From Octopus sinensis (Eukaryota), in the NCBI RefSeq assembly GCF_006345805.1, contig NC_043012.1:56420001-56484000 (forward strand): DNA of 64,000 nucleotides. The letters run 5' to 3'. Below are positions 20,049 to 34,614 of the stretch, in pieces. Both the position numbers and the translations under genes were made by a program. The first letter of the stretch is position 1. Each line of letters starts with the position of its first letter. The notes under the pieces are model-generated. The model was not told the origin of the DNA and ran no database searches. It saw only the letters and a program-made list of their open reading frames with translations.

Positions 20049-22479
20049 TCACACACAAATACACACAACAGCTTTCCAAACAGTTTCTCTCCACCAAATT
20101 TCCTTAATAAGGCAATAACCAACCTAAAACTATGACAGAAGACATTTGCCCAAAGGGCTGCATAGAGAATTGAAACAGAACCACATGCTTGCAAAGCGAA
20201 CAACCACACAGGCATGGTTGGAAGCAGAAAATTGTTTATAGACTCAATTCATCAAATGTTTACCACTATATGACCATATTGTAGGGCATTGCCCATGAGT
20301 TTGCAAAAGCTGAACTGTGGATGGGGACTTTTACTGCAGACTAGTAATTGAACAAGTTGGGAGAAAAGGCACTTCCGCTGAGGCAGATAACAAAACCCTT
20401 ATATAATTTGAACTCAGAATATGAAGAGTTTGAAGAAATATCGGTAAGCATTTTGATTCTGCCAGCTTGCTGCCCTAATCATCAATTTAAGAATGAAAAC
20501 GTTAGCTATTTTATTAAATCTCTCCAAATTCATGATTATTTTCAAAATCAATTGTTACAATTAGCAAACTATATTATTATCATTATATTATTATTAACAA
20601 AAAATATCATAAAAATATGGTGATGAAGGGTTAAGAAATTCTGTATTTCTTAGAATGCAAAATTTTAATAGATTTTTTCACTTTGTAGAGTTCAAGTATG
20701 CTAAAATATTTCTCTTAAGAGATTCTGCAGCTGTTAGATAGAACTAATCATCTTCAATTTCATTTATGTGAAAATCTACAGTTTGGCCTCATTCTGAATA
20801 ATATTGGTTTCAAATTTTGGTACAAAACCATCAAGTTCGGGGAATGGAGTAGGTCAATTACATCAACTCCAGTACTCAGTTGATACTTATTTTATTGACA
20901 CCTAAAGGTTCAAAGGCAAAGTTGGTCTTGGCAGAATTTAAACTCTGAACATAAAGACAGACAAGATTCTGTTAAGCATTTTGCTCAGAAAACTAGCCAT
21001 TCTGCCAGCTCACCACCTCCTCATTCCAAATAATCTTAACATCAAATTTCTTCCAAATTATTTACTTGGCTGCACCAAAATACATTAAATTAGTTCAATT
21101 GAGAGATTCTGTTGGAAAAACAAAATTTCAACTTTTCTGCTATGTAAACATCCATTATTTTCCCACAGTAAACATACCTGTTATAAATTTGAAATTGTTT
21201 CGAATTTATCCAAAACAGTGTCAAATTTATTTTAAGAATTATTCACTAAGCTGCACAGAAACAAACTGAGGTATTTTTTAAAAGAGAATCTCCATCTGTT
21301 ACAATTCATAATTTGCAGATTTTTTAATATTGAAAAAATGGGGAAAATACCATTTTCACTGACTTATACTTGCAAGGAATTTTGAATTTTCTTTTATTTC
21401 ATCCACCTCGCAAATGCTAACTCCAGAGCAGGGTAAACTAAATGCAAAAAGCTGGGATAGTTGACATCCCCATTGTTTTAATGTCCATTTTCCATGCTTG
21501 CATGGGTCAGAAGGAATACCTTGAGGCAGATTTTCTGCAGTTGCATGTCTTTTCTGTCACCAGTCCTGAGTTGTTTTTCAAGCAAATAATAATTCCCTTG
21601 GGATGGACATGTTTTCATGGAAAATTGGAAAGGAATGACACTGCATGTATGTCAAAACCTGAAGCCCACACCTCACAAAAAATTAGAAAATAAGAAAAAC
21701 ACTTTCTCTTTTTTATTTATTTTTTATTAGAATATCTTTTATTGATGTTTTTTATAGCAAACAATACAAATAAAATATAAACTGTTATTGTAAGTAAAAT
21801 GTTATAAAAATATTGAAAATGAAATTTTTAAAAGGCAAAAGTTGGTGTGCATGTAACACTATATCATTAAATATGTAACTAGTTATTACATAATAATAAT
21901 AATAATATTAATATTTAAGTAAGACAAAAAAAAAAAAAACTATCTTTATATCTCTTCATACTTGAAATAAGAAAGATTTTTAGAAATGAGAATAAAGCAC
22001 ATTAAAATGTTTTAATACTTTTGAACTAAAAAAAAATTTTAATTTTAATTCTAATGATGGATGTAAAAAAACAAAAATCAAACAAGCAAACAAAACCTCA
22101 TGCAATGGGAAGCAACAAAACTTTTGGGAAAAGAAATTTACAGATTTGAGTGCATTTATTCATATATAAGCAAAGAAGGGAGTTTCTAAGTAGCCATGCA
22201 AATTGCTGGGGTTGCAATCCAATCTTTATAATGCGAGGACGGATGAGTATAAAGTATCTGTGTGTCTATATGTACACACATACACATATACATTTTCATG
22301 TATGTGTATATATATACATGTGCATGTGTGTGTCTATATTATATATATATACGTTATAAACATTTGTATATACTAATATGTATGTATATTCATATACCTA
22401 AATATGTGTTTGTGTGTGTGTGTGTATCACATATGCATTGTATACACATTTGTATTTACTAATGCCTCGATATATGAGT

Positions 22480-22720
22480 TAGTTTGTTCCCAGAGACCAC
22501 TCGTAAAGCGAAAACTCATAAAGCAGAGCAATAATTTCCCATAGAAGCAATGAAATTTTATGCCGTCCTTTTACACTGTTGCTGTGTAGAAGCATCAGGA
22601 CCAATGTTGTCACATGTAGTGATGTTGCCACACTCACAAAATGGCTGTTTAATCTTTTATATTTATCATAAAATAAAATTCGTAAACCCAGGGTCTTGTA
22701 AAGCGAGGCATTACTTTATG
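22480..22720. mobile_element. Tigger/pogo-like DNA transposon remnant
   Basis: Repeated CTCGTAAAGCGA / TCGTAAACC / TTGTAAAGCGAGG subterminal motifs typical of Tigger-like ends. Confidence 0.35.
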
Positions 22721-23040
22721 TATATTCATATACATAAATATATATGTATATATACACATACATGTATATACATACACACACACACATATATATATATATA
22801 CATACACACATATATATGTATATATACACACATATATATGTATATATACACACATATATGTATATATACACACATATATGTATATATACATACATATGTA
22901 TATATACATACATATGTATATATACATACATATATATGTATATAAACATATATATACATACATATATATATATATGTATATATATATAAATACATATGAG
23001 TAAATGGAAAGAAATATGTATCTATATACATACATGTCAA
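22720..23040. repeat. Compound (TA)/(CA) microsatellite with ~20-22-nt higher-order periodicity
   Basis: Repeating TATATATGTATATATACACACA-type units. Confidence 0.95.
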
Positions 23041-23510
23041 AAGATATAGATACAAAATTAATATCTGATATATAATCATTAGAAATAAACAAACAAAACT
23101 GCATCCGGTAATATGCAATTAATTACTCACAGCGGCCCTTTTTGCTAAAATTTAGTGGGAAAACCACCCCAATTCTAACAAATAAATGTGGATGATGACA
23201 TTATGTAATAAAGTAACAAAGAATAAAATTACCAAAGAAAATAAGGGTACACCTGTGTTAATGGAAGCCTGAGCTAAAGAGGGTACCTCTAAATCAGAGG
23301 TCAGCAAGATGTGGGCTACTGAGGTGTACTGTGAGGGCCTCAGATTTTTACTAAAAAGTTTTCCATGTTTAAAAGATGGTAGGAAGGGTGATAGTGCAGC
23401 TGATGGCTTTTTGATAGTTTGTCATGACTTAACTTTTGATTATAGAAGCATTGTCAGTGATGGAAGTAAGGAATACATGGGGAAATGTTTATAAATAAAA
23501 TGATATAATA

Positions 23511-24361
23511 TAGAGTGGGCCAAAAGTCACACACCAAAACATTTGACATTTTATTCACATTATCTCTTTTATATGTTTCAATCATTCGACTGAGGCCATG
23601 CTGGGGCACCGCCTTGAATTTTTAGTCAGATGAATCGATCACCAGTACTTATTTTTTTTGTTTTTGTTTTTAAGTCTGGTACTTATTCTATTGGTCTCTT
23701 TGCTGAACCGTTAAGTTATGGGACATAAACATACCAGCACCGGTTGTCAAGCAGTGGTGGGGGACTAAGACACAAAGATATACACACATGACAGGCTTCT
23801 TTCAGTTTCTGTCTTGCGAAATCCATTCACAAGGCTTGGCCTGAGGCTATAATAGAAGACATTTGCCAAAGCTGCCATGCAGCAGGACTGAACCCAGAAC
23901 CATGTGGCTGGGAAGCAAACTTCTTACCTATTTCTTTACTAACTGCAAGGAGCTAAACACAGAGGGGACAAACAAGGACAGACAAACGGATTAAGTCGAT
24001 TACATCAGCCCCCAATGCGTAACTGGTACTTAATTTATCGACCCCGAAAGGATGAAAGGCAAAGTCGACCTCGGTGGAATTTGAACTCAGAACGTAAAGA
24101 CAGACGAAATACCGCTAGGCATTTCGCCCGGCATGCTAACATTTCTGCCAGCTCGCCGCCTATCAAACTTCTTACCACAGAGTTACACCTGCACCTAATT
24201 ACCTTAATATTACTACTATTAATTTTGTTCATCATGCACAAGTACGTGCGTATTCATCATTATTTTATAAATTTTATTCAATTTTAGAAAAATTGAAGCA
24301 AGTCCTTGACAATTCCGGAGCATATTGAACTTATTTTGTGTGTGACTTTTGGCCCACCCTG
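23511..24361. mobile_element. Tc1/mariner-like MITE containing a nested A SINE, which contains a nested B SINE
   Basis: TIRs (T/C)AG(A/G)GTGGGCCAAAAGTCACACAC (22/24) with TA flanks. A(-) at about 23570-24180; B(-) at 23929-24163 with 13-bp TSD CAAACTTCTTACC. Confidence 0.8.
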
Positions 24362-24470
24362 TATATATATGAGGGAAGTTGCTGATTCCCTGCTCTTTGT
24401 GGTTGCTTAACCTGCTGGAATAGTAACTAAATCTTCTTCGAATCATATTGTATAAATATATAAAAAAAAG

Positions 24471-24870
24471 GGATCTTTTCTGTTTGAATGGCAACTTTTT
24501 CTAGCGGTATCATATGAAATTATCACCCATAATTATGACCCTAGTATCAATCTATTGCATTTCAATCTGTTTTAGGATTAGGGGTGGGGGAAGGGTATCT
24601 TTTTTTCTTCAGAAATGTAAATAAACCCAATCTGTTTCTTAAACGAGGGACATATTCATACGGCACAGAATATTTTTTACCTCATTGATTGGTTGAAATT
24701 GCAGAAATTGAAGAGAAAAAACAACAAATATCTTACAAACTATAGGATTTTCTCAGTAAAGCCAAGAGAAAAAGATGTTTTATAAACACATTCTACCAGT
24801 ATACGAAGTTTAAAATTTTTTAGTTACCTAGAAATTATGTTAAAAACTGCCGTTCAAACTGAAAAGATCC
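24471..24870. mobile_element. 400-bp MITE with GG-initiated TIRs and an 8-bp TSD (Merlin-like, by inference)
   Basis: GGATCTTTTCTGTTTGAATGGCA / TGCCGTTCAAACTGAAAAGATCC; AAAAAAAG on both sides (24463-24470, 24871-24878). Confidence 0.7.
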
Positions 24871-25799
24871 AAAAAAAGCAAAAGAGAAAACCCCAAACAA
24901 ACAAAGAAATGACGGCGTTGGATAATGTTAAGTCTAAGATAAACTATAACAGAAAATAAGGAAAAGAAGAGTCACAGATGAAACAACCACAGGTTTGTCA
25001 AAAAACACCCCTTTCCACATACGTATGTGTGTGTGCGCATACAATATATTTGAGACAGAAAAGAAAAACAGTCCTGCTAATGGGGCTTGAAGCATGCATC
25101 TACCACTTGCAGCCAGAATTCTTGAAAATGCTTACATATATAGTCAAAATGTTATTACACTTCTCATCTAATAATATTTGGCAATAATTATTACATTTAT
25201 ACTCTTATTAAGATTTAAAATTTTTTAAAGGACTGTAATATACAGAAGAAAATTCCATTCAGAGACTCGATTTAAAGGGTTTATTTTGTTTCTTTGTTTG
25301 TGCCACACACGTTATAAGGCATTTTAATTGTAGCTGCTCAGTCAACATGCAAATAGCTAGTGTTTACAGGAAGTTCTCCGTACATGTGGCACAGGATGAA
25401 GACCAGCACTCAGCATACAAATTATTCTACATCAAATCTGTACCATCCTTATTCCATCATCTCTACTTATTTTTATTTATCATTGGCACTATCGTGTTGC
25501 TGAAAACTGGGTCTTCAGGTTACCTTTTATCACAGTCCAGTTAATAACGTCTGTTAATCAACTTATTTACTCAAATCATTTCTTTTTTTCACTTCAATAT
25601 GTCCTTCAGTGTAAAAACAAAGAATATCCCCCCCCCCCAGCATATGAAACATATTGCAAGCGAGAGGTGTTAAGTGATTTGACAAGTCTTTACTTGCAAT
25701 TGTAATAGTCAGCTGGAAGCTTATTACTGTTAATGATTGCCCTTTATTACATATAAAACAATTCTAAAATGATAATCTGGTATCACTAATACACACAAT

Positions 25800-26700
25800 A
25801 ATAAGAGTGTGTGTATATATGTTTATGTTACTAACATAAACATAACATAACATATATAACACTAACATAAACATATATACACTAACACTAACATAAACAT
25901 ATATACACATACTCTTATAAATCATATATATACACACAAGAGTGTGTGTATATATGTTTATATATATATATATATATATGAACATCCTCTTATAAATCAT
26001 ATATATACACACAAGAGTGTGTGTATATATGTTTATATATATATTAACATCCTCTTATAAATCATATATATACACACAAGAGTGTGTGTATATATGTTTA
26101 TATATATATTAACATCCTCTTATAAATCATATATATATATACACACAAGGGTGTGTGTATATATGTTTATATATATATATGAATATACTCTTATAAATCA
26201 TATATATATTAACATACTCTTATAAATCATATATATACACACAAGAGTGTGTATATATATATATATGTTTATATATATATTAACATACTCTTATAAATCA
26301 TATACAAATCATATATATTAACATACTCTTATAAATCATAAATCATATATACACACAAGAGTGTGTATATATATACTCTTTTACTCTTTTACTTGTTTCA
26401 GTCATTTGACTGCGGCCATGCTGGAGCACCGCCTTTAGTCGAGCAAATCGACCCCGGGACTTATTCTTTTGTAAGCCCAGTACTTATTCTATCGGTCTCT
26501 TTTGCCGAACCGCTAAGTAACGGTAATGTTTATATATATATTAACATACTCTTATAAATCACACAAGAGTGTGTGTATATATGTTTATGTTACTAACATA
26601 AACATAACATAACATATATAACACTAACATAAACATATATACACAAACACTAACATAAGCATATATGCACACACTCTTATAAATCATATATATACACACA
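25800..26700. repeat. 65-bp-unit minisatellite with an internal hairpin, interrupted by an A-SINE 3' fragment (about 26376-26523)
   Basis: Unit AACATCCTCTTATAAATCATATATATACACACAAGAGTGTGTGTATATATGTTTATATATATATT starts at 25981, 26046 and 26111. Confidence 0.9.
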
Positions 26701-27529
26701 CACAACATTACACAGAGAGTAAAACTCATCTGTACAAACACTCAGGCAAACATAGAAGGAAACACATATACGCATACTCAAAAACACACACATAGATAAA
26801 TATGTACTCACACATACACCTAATCACAAATAGTCATACTCACACAAACATGCAGACAGACAGACAGACATGCATACACACACTGTATAGCATACACTTA
26901 TATAAACACTCAGTTAAACATAGAGAGAAATACACACTAATACACTTACACAAACATACCTAAACATAAACACACAAAGTTAAATATGCACATAGTCAAA
27001 CACACAGACAAACACAAGCAGCCAAACACAAACATAGGCTGGCAGATACACACAGAGTCAAAAACAAACATACACACATGAAAATACAAATAAATAGAGA
27101 GAGAGAGTCAAAAACACTTATATATATACTAAGCCATAATTTACAATATTTAAATTTGTAGTTGAAATGACAGAGGCAATTGTATTGAGAAAATATTTTG
27201 TATTATGCAGAAGCAGAGTGGAAAATATTTTGTATTATTATATTTTGAAAATATTTTGTATTATGCATCAAGGAAAAAGAAAAAGAAAGAAGCAGAGTGG
27301 AAGCAGCTTATAACCATGGATAATGTAATCATACAGTCACCATTATCAAAATTAGTGAATCCCAAACATGTTCATGATATAGTTGTACCCTCTGTTTATT
27401 GTTATCAGCCAGATATTGTTACCTAAAAGGCTTTATCTAAAAATGATCACAATAAATAGATTTCACTATATATAATATAGCATGCACACATATACAGGAG
27501 TGTACATATACATGAGTGTACATATACAT

Positions 27530-27810
27530 TCATCATCATCGTTTAAGGTCCGTTTTCCATGCTGGCATGGATTGGACAGTTTGACTGGGGACTGGCAAGC
27601 CAGGAGGCTGCAGCAGGCTCCAATTTGATCTGGTAATGTTTCTACAGCTGGATGCCTTTCCTGACACCAACCACTCCAAGAGTGTAGTGGGTACTTTTTA
27701 CATGCCACGGGCATGGGAGCCAGTCAGGCGGCACAGGCAATGACCCATACATGAATGGTGCTTATTGTGTGCCACCAGCACAAGAGCCAGTTAGGCAGCA
27801 CTGGCATCAG
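27530..27810 (-). mobile_element. Family D repeat with modules
   Basis: (ATC)n followed by the reverse-complement D core and GTGCC modules. Confidence 0.8.
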
Positions 27811-28390
27811 CCACAACTACAATTTCCAGTTTTTACTGTGATTTGATTTTTGATTTATATATATATAATATATATATTTTCTTTTTACATATATACATAT
27901 ATATAAAAGTAAGTCAAAAGGCATATAATAGAAATAAATTAGAGTTCAGACAAGCTCAAAAATTCAATATCTAAATTAAAAACATAACTATGTTCCAGTT
28001 TAATCATTTTTATTAGGGGTTTTTCATATTTCCATTTAAGTCCTTTTGGAACAATTAAACCCATTCATTTATTATCAATATTTTCAGTCTATCTCAGCCC
28101 CATCACCAGGATATGAACAACAAAGGTTTCATATGGAAATATGAGGAAACACCCTAAAAAAAATGAATAAACTGAACCAAAACTGGGTTTTTTTATAAAA
28201 TACACACACAAACACACGCATGATCCAATGAGGGAGTCATTATGAAGTCACACAACCTTCTAGAAAAAAGTGCACCATTCCATCCTAAATAAAGAGAGAA
28301 TACTTTGGGTAATGCAGCCATAGGTATCTTACAAAGATGGGGTGATCAAGGTTAGAATAACAGTTTACCTAGGGCTAAACAACAACAACA

Positions 28391-28425
<35 letters not shown>

Positions 28426-28755
28426 CGATAAAAATATGTACACACACTCACACATATCTATACATATGTATATACAGGTTGCTGAACATTCATATTGATT
28501 TTTTCCAAATAATTATATTTTAAATGATTTCTAACTTAGACACAAAAACTCAATATCAGAGGAGGAGGAAAATATAGCTGTTGCATCAGACACCCTGGGG
28601 GTATTACAGGTACTTCAATGAACACTGAAGAGATAACAAGCAAAGTCAACACTCAATGGGATTGGAATCTCAACATATAAGGAGATGTAACTAAATATCT
28701 ATACAAGGTGTTATATTTTATATTCTTTTGAATATGGTATTATACATATGTATGA

Positions 28756-28793
<38 letters not shown>

Positions 28794-28794
28794 C

Positions 28795-29054
28795 TGTTGT
28801 GTCTGGGGAGAGTCATTCTCTTTTAATGCCTTATTATTTAACACACTCACCAGTAAAATTTCCAATAGTCAAGACTATTGAAAAGGTTGCAACATGCAAT
28901 GAAAATTTTAGAAAATAAAAATAAGAAATAAGTAGAAATTTTACCGGTGAGTGTGTTAATTAATAAGGCACTAAAAGAGACAACAAAATATGCTTCAACA
29001 CACGAACTCATATAAAGAATCTTGCAAACCAAATCCAAAAACGAAATACATACA

Positions 29055-29055
<1 letters not shown>
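28795..29055. mobile_element. Fold-back element in (TA)n with 48-bp inverted arms
   Basis: Arms 28817-28864 and 28933-28980 (4 mismatches). A single-arm relative lies at 19141-19280. Confidence 0.75.
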
Positions 29056-29097
<42 letters not shown>

Positions 29098-29940
29098 TGA
29101 CTATTAACAATAAATTTTACAGCCAAGTATGTATGCAGGCTAAATTTTCAAGATTAATTATTGTTAATACAATTATATATTTTTCAAACTTTTAACATTA
29201 TTAAAAAAATGTTTCAATTTTTATATAATTGTATTAAATTATGTAGATTCTTTTTCTTTAAAAAAAAAATGGAAATAATTTTAAAGAAAAGCTAAATTAC
29301 ACATCCTGATAGACTGTTGCAGTTCTGATAAAATACAATATTTTTTCCTAAATGATGTTCTACAACACAATCTTGCATGCTGCAGGATGCATGGATACAC
29401 TGTGTAAAAAACAAAACAAAAACATTATCATCACAATCAACATCATCATCAACATTTTCATTTCATGTACATTTTTCTCATGCTGGCTTGGGCCAGTCTG
29501 GTGTTATCACTCAATGATTCACATCATGTAGTAGAGCACACAACAATAGGACAAACCAGCCAACTTTAGTTGTTAAGTATGTCTTAGCACTTAGAGTGGG
29601 TACATTTTATCATACTACCAGCACTAGGGAGACAGTTTCAAGTGGTAGCATTGAAGAGTTTCCTCTACATCAATGGTTCTTAAGCAGGGCCCATATGCAA
29701 CTTTTTCTTAAAATTTATATTCAATAAATTGCTCACACTTCTACAATACACCAAATATTAAATTTTTTTTTAAAATACAATTCCTGATAATTTCTATGTT
29801 TAGTGTGTTTCAGTCATCAGACTGCAGCCATACTGGGGTACCATCTTGATGAATTTTTTGTCAAATTAATCAACCCCAGTATTTTTCTTTTGCCAAACCA
29901 CTAGCTCAAGCGGATGTTAACACACCAATACTGGTATATA

Positions 29941-30333
29941 CTCTTTTACTTGTTTCAGTCATTTGACTGCGGCCATGCTTGAGCAACGCCTTTAGTCGAT
30001 CAAATCAACCCCGGGACTTATTCTTTGTAAGCCCAGTACTTATTTTATCGGTCTCTTTTGCCAAACCGCTAAGTGACAGGGACGTAAACACACCAGCGTT
30101 GGTTGTCAAGCAATGCTAGGGGGACAAACACAGACACACAAACACACACATATATATATTTACATGTATACGACAGGCTTCTTTCAGTTTCCATCTACCA
30201 AATCCACTCACAAGGCATTGGTCGGCCCGGGACTATAGCAGAAGACACTTGCCCAAGATGCCATGCAGTGGGACTGAACCTGGAACCATGTGGTTGGTTA
30301 GCAAGCTACTTACCACACAGCCACTCCTGCACC
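29941..30333 (-). mobile_element. Family A SINE, full length (a partial copy lies at about 29810-29935)
   Basis: Reverse complement of the A consensus from CTCTTTT tail to CCACTCCTGCACC head. Confidence 0.9.
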
Positions 30334-32269
30334 TATATATATATATATATATATAACCAAAATAAGCAACAATCTTAGGTAATTTGATACGATCGTTTCA
30401 TGCTACTTCATTTCATTAAACATTGTAAGTATTACATCAGTTTTAAAATGTTGAGCAATCTTCAGCCATTTATAGAAGTCTTCCATCAAATGGACAATAC
30501 ATATTCTATGTTTAATAAAAGGAAGTAGCCTGAAATGATTGTACCAAATTACCTAAGATATACTTGTTGCTTATTTTGATTATAATCACCCCATGGATTT
30601 ATTTGGATAATACCATACAAAATTCCAGTGCGTCTGACTTAAGTACCATATTCATCTGAATTTAAATTTTGCTGAACTTTACATATATATATATACACAC
30701 ACACACACAAAATTAGATTCTTTCAATTTCTGTCTCCCAAATCCATTCACAAGGTTTTGGTCAGCCCAAGGCCATAATAAAAGACACTTGTTCAAGGTGC
30801 CATACAGTGGGACTGAACCTGGAACCTTGTAGTTAGGAAGCAAACTTCCTACCATGCAGCCATGCCTGTGTCTATTACTAAAAATAGAAAAATAATAATA
30901 CTAATAAAATGATGCTAATATAATAATTCTTACTACTGGAAGCACAAGGCCTCAAATTTGGGGAAAGGGATTAAGTTGATCGCATCAACCCCAAAAGGAT
31001 GAAAGGCAATGTTGACCTCGGCGGAATCTGAACTCAGAACATAACAGGAAACAAAATACTGCTAAGCATTTCGCCTGGCATGCTAACAATTCTGCCAGCT
31101 CACTGCCTTTAATACTAACAACAAAAATATATGATTTTTAAAATAGTGAATGGCTATGAGGGGCCAGTAGAGTAAAATAAGAATCAAAGGAGTCCATAGG
31201 TAAAAAAAAATGGTTAAGAACCATTGCTTTACACTGTCTTCTTAAAAGGTCCACCTGCAAAGCAGATTATGGAGCTCACGTCTTACTTGTATAAACCAGT
31301 TTTCTTTTTTTTAAATGTGAAAAATACAAACCTAATTTCTAAATAAATAGCATTGATAATTATGTATGATATATTAAATAAAGAAATAAATATTTAATTA
31401 TTTTCTGTAATTCAAATCATCTACATTTATAGATAAAAATTTATAAAGCAGATTGGCAGAATCATAAGAGTGCCAGGCAAAATGCCTTGTGGTACTTGTT
31501 CCAGTTCTGTGTTCAAATCCCATCAAGGTCAACTTTGCTTTTCACCCTTCCAAAGTTGTTAAAATGAAGAACTATGCCAGAATTGTTTGTGTGTTGGATA
31601 AAATACCTTGTGGTATTTGTTCTATCCTTTACATTCTTAGTTATCCTGTAACATCACTGGGAGCAAGCTGTATCAGCTCTTGCATTCCCTTGGATAACAT
31701 TGTGATATGGATAGAAGAGACCTGGTGTATGGAAAACTTGGTCTTCCATACAAAAAAAGAAGAAAAAAAAATTACATCATATGTATATAATACAATTTAC
31801 TGAACTTTCAGATTTTAACATGCTAGACTACTGGTGTTAAGTTGATGTTAATTAAATTAATATCCAATTTTTCACCCTCATTTTAAATCTATATATCTAT
31901 CTATCTATATATATATAATCTTTATTTATTCTAAAGTGTGCCTCATGTAAAGGGATGTTTATAAACCATTTTTATCCAATTAATGTATACGTTTTGGCAA
32001 TATGTGATATTTCAGATAGATATGTATATAAATTTAGCATAACTGAACAAGTCAAAGTTATTGATGTGATTACAAATGAAACACTCAATGTATTAATGAT
32101 ATGATTTTCATAAAACTGTCACCTTTTATCCTCCTGGGACCAAATAATCTTAGACTGCTTCCTCCAAAATATGTAACCCTGTGCCTATGTTAACAACCAT
32201 TATTATAAAATCAAACAGTTGAAAAACAATTGAATTATCATTATATATATATAAAATAAATGTTCCCTT

Positions 32270-32497
32270 TTTAAAGCCTAGCCAGGCTCATGGGCCCAGT
32301 TTCTATGGCATGTGTTACCCAGCTGGACGGGATGCCAGTCCATCACAACATTACTCATTTTTGCCAGCTGAGTGGACTGGAGCAGCGTGAAATGAAGTGT
32401 TTTGCACAAGAACACAACGCGTTGCCCAGTCCAGGAATCAAAACAACAATCTCACAATAATGATGCTGACAGCCTAGCCACTAAGCCATGCACCTCC
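32270..32497 (-). mobile_element. Family C SINE
   Basis: Reverse complement of the GGAGGTGCATGGCTTAGTGG head and the GAGCCTGGCTAGGC tail. Confidence 0.8.
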
Positions 32498-34082
32498 ACA
32501 CACACACACATACGTATATATATATTATTGTTTGTGTCAGTCATTCAATTGTAGCTAAGATGGAATAGTCTGTTCAGGAGAATATAGTTGATAATATCAA
32601 CTCAAGTACTTGCAAACTGGTACTTATGTTACTAATATCACTTGGAGCAAAGAAAAGCAAAATCCACTTGAGTAGGATTTGAAATGAGAATCTACAAAGA
32701 CAAGTATACTGTTTGGCACTCTACTGCTTTTGCCACCCTCTACCCTGTACACACTCACATACATAAGTATGACTGCTTTATATAAGAGATGAAAACACTC
32801 AATGCTATGTTGGTAGAGTCTATTATAGAGTAATGCAATACAATTGACAGAGAAGCAATGAATCGTTTCATGCGATTGCATCATGATTGTGTAATTCACT
32901 CAACAGGTGCACAAACAACCTACAATCGTCTTTGAGTAAAACATGATTTGTTAGAATAGCAATGTAATCTCACTCAAAAAGATCCACAGATTCTGTCATA
33001 TCATATATTATATTATTTTATATCTATAAACACAAATACACATGGCCATACACACGCACATGTATTTATATAATTTATATATAATTATGGATTCTCCTGC
33101 CGTTAAATGATGAATGAAGATTCCACAATTTCCTACTGAACAACCTGTTCTACATTAGCTCACATCCTCCATAAGATTGACATCGTCTGTATATAGGTGC
33201 ACACATCAGATGTTGAAATGATCGCAGAGCAATGTGAACTTAGGTGTTTTGCTCAAGAACACACAGCACACCACCCAGTCTAGGAAGTGAAACCACAATT
33301 TAATGATTGTGAGTACAACACTCTAACTACTAGATCATATATAATAGGATATTTATGATTAAATGCTATATTTTGGGGTAAAATAATGAAACAATATTAA
33401 ATTTAATTTGTATTTCAATAAAAAGAAATAATTTTTTTAAGAAGCTTTTATTTTTTATTTTTTATTTGTTTTAGTCATTAAACTTTGACCAAGTTTGGGG
33501 TGGGGTGCTGATTTGAAGAATTTTAGTTGAATGAAATGACCACAGTATTTATTTTTTTCAAGCCTGATACTTATTTATCAGTCCCTTTTGCTGAATTGCT
33601 AAGTTACATAGATGTAAAAACACAGCAACACTGGTTGTCAAGCAGTGATGGGGGGACAAACACAGACACATGATGGACTTCTTTCAGTTTTTATCTACCA
33701 AATTTACTTAGAAGGCTTTGGTTGGCCTGAGGCTATAGTGGAAGACACTTGCACAAGTTGCCATTCAGTAGGACTGAACCCTAAAGCATGTGGTTGGGAA
33801 GTGAACTTCTTACCACACAACCATTCCAATCAGGAGAGAAGGCAGTACCTTAACCCTTCACAGGGACTCTAAAACTAGTGAGAGGGAGAGAAGATGGAAG
33901 GTATCCTCAAACTGAAGACCTGGTCTCAATGATTGCAATAGAGCGGACTCTGCTAAAGGTGCCTAAGGTGATGGTGTTAAACTGGGCAATGAATTAAATC
34001 AACCAGCAATTCAGGATACAATTCAGGAATTGAAGTCAGACTACAAAGAGCCAGAACAAATACTGCAAAGCATCCAATTTAA

Positions 34083-34526
34083 CCCTTTAGTATTCAACCC
34101 AAAGGCCATCCTCCTCCTCCTCCTTTAACATCTGTTTACCATACTGGCATGGGTAGGACAGTTTGACCAGAGCTGGCAAGCCAGAGAACTGCATCAAGTT
34201 TCAGTCTTAGTTTCTATGGCTGGATGCCCTTCCTAATGCCAACCACTTTACAGTGTGTGCCCAGTGCTTTTAATGTGGCATTAGCACATCAGGCCCAAAT
34301 ATTCTACCAGCTGTATACTCAAACTGACCAAATCAGGCTCGAGTATTCTACCTCTTGTATTTTCAACCTGGCCAGATCCAGCCTTTCACATCTATCCTAA
34401 AGTGTCATTCCAAAAATAAACAATTGCACCATTGAAATCGTGAAGCTACCAGATAATGCATAATTAATTCCAAACAATGAGAATGAACAAATATTACATT
34501 TGACAGAGTAATCTAATGCAAAAGGA
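34083..34526. mobile_element. piggyBac-like MITE (TTAA flanks) with a nested D repeat
   Basis: TTAA|CCCTTTAGTATT...GCAAAAGGA|TTAA; inverse orientation of 57813-58034. Confidence 0.65.
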
Positions 34527-34614
34527 TTAATGTTCATACAGCTCTACTAATTCACTGCTCTGGATTGGAATTAAAAAATTTTTTTATCAATTCTGGAAAG
34601 ATGAAAGGCAATAT

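Noticed and set aside
17026-23118. ORFs rich in YI/IY, LSIY, CMYV (17026, 19838, 22550-23118)
   Set aside because: Translations of (TA)n, (GATA)n and (CA)n microsatellites.
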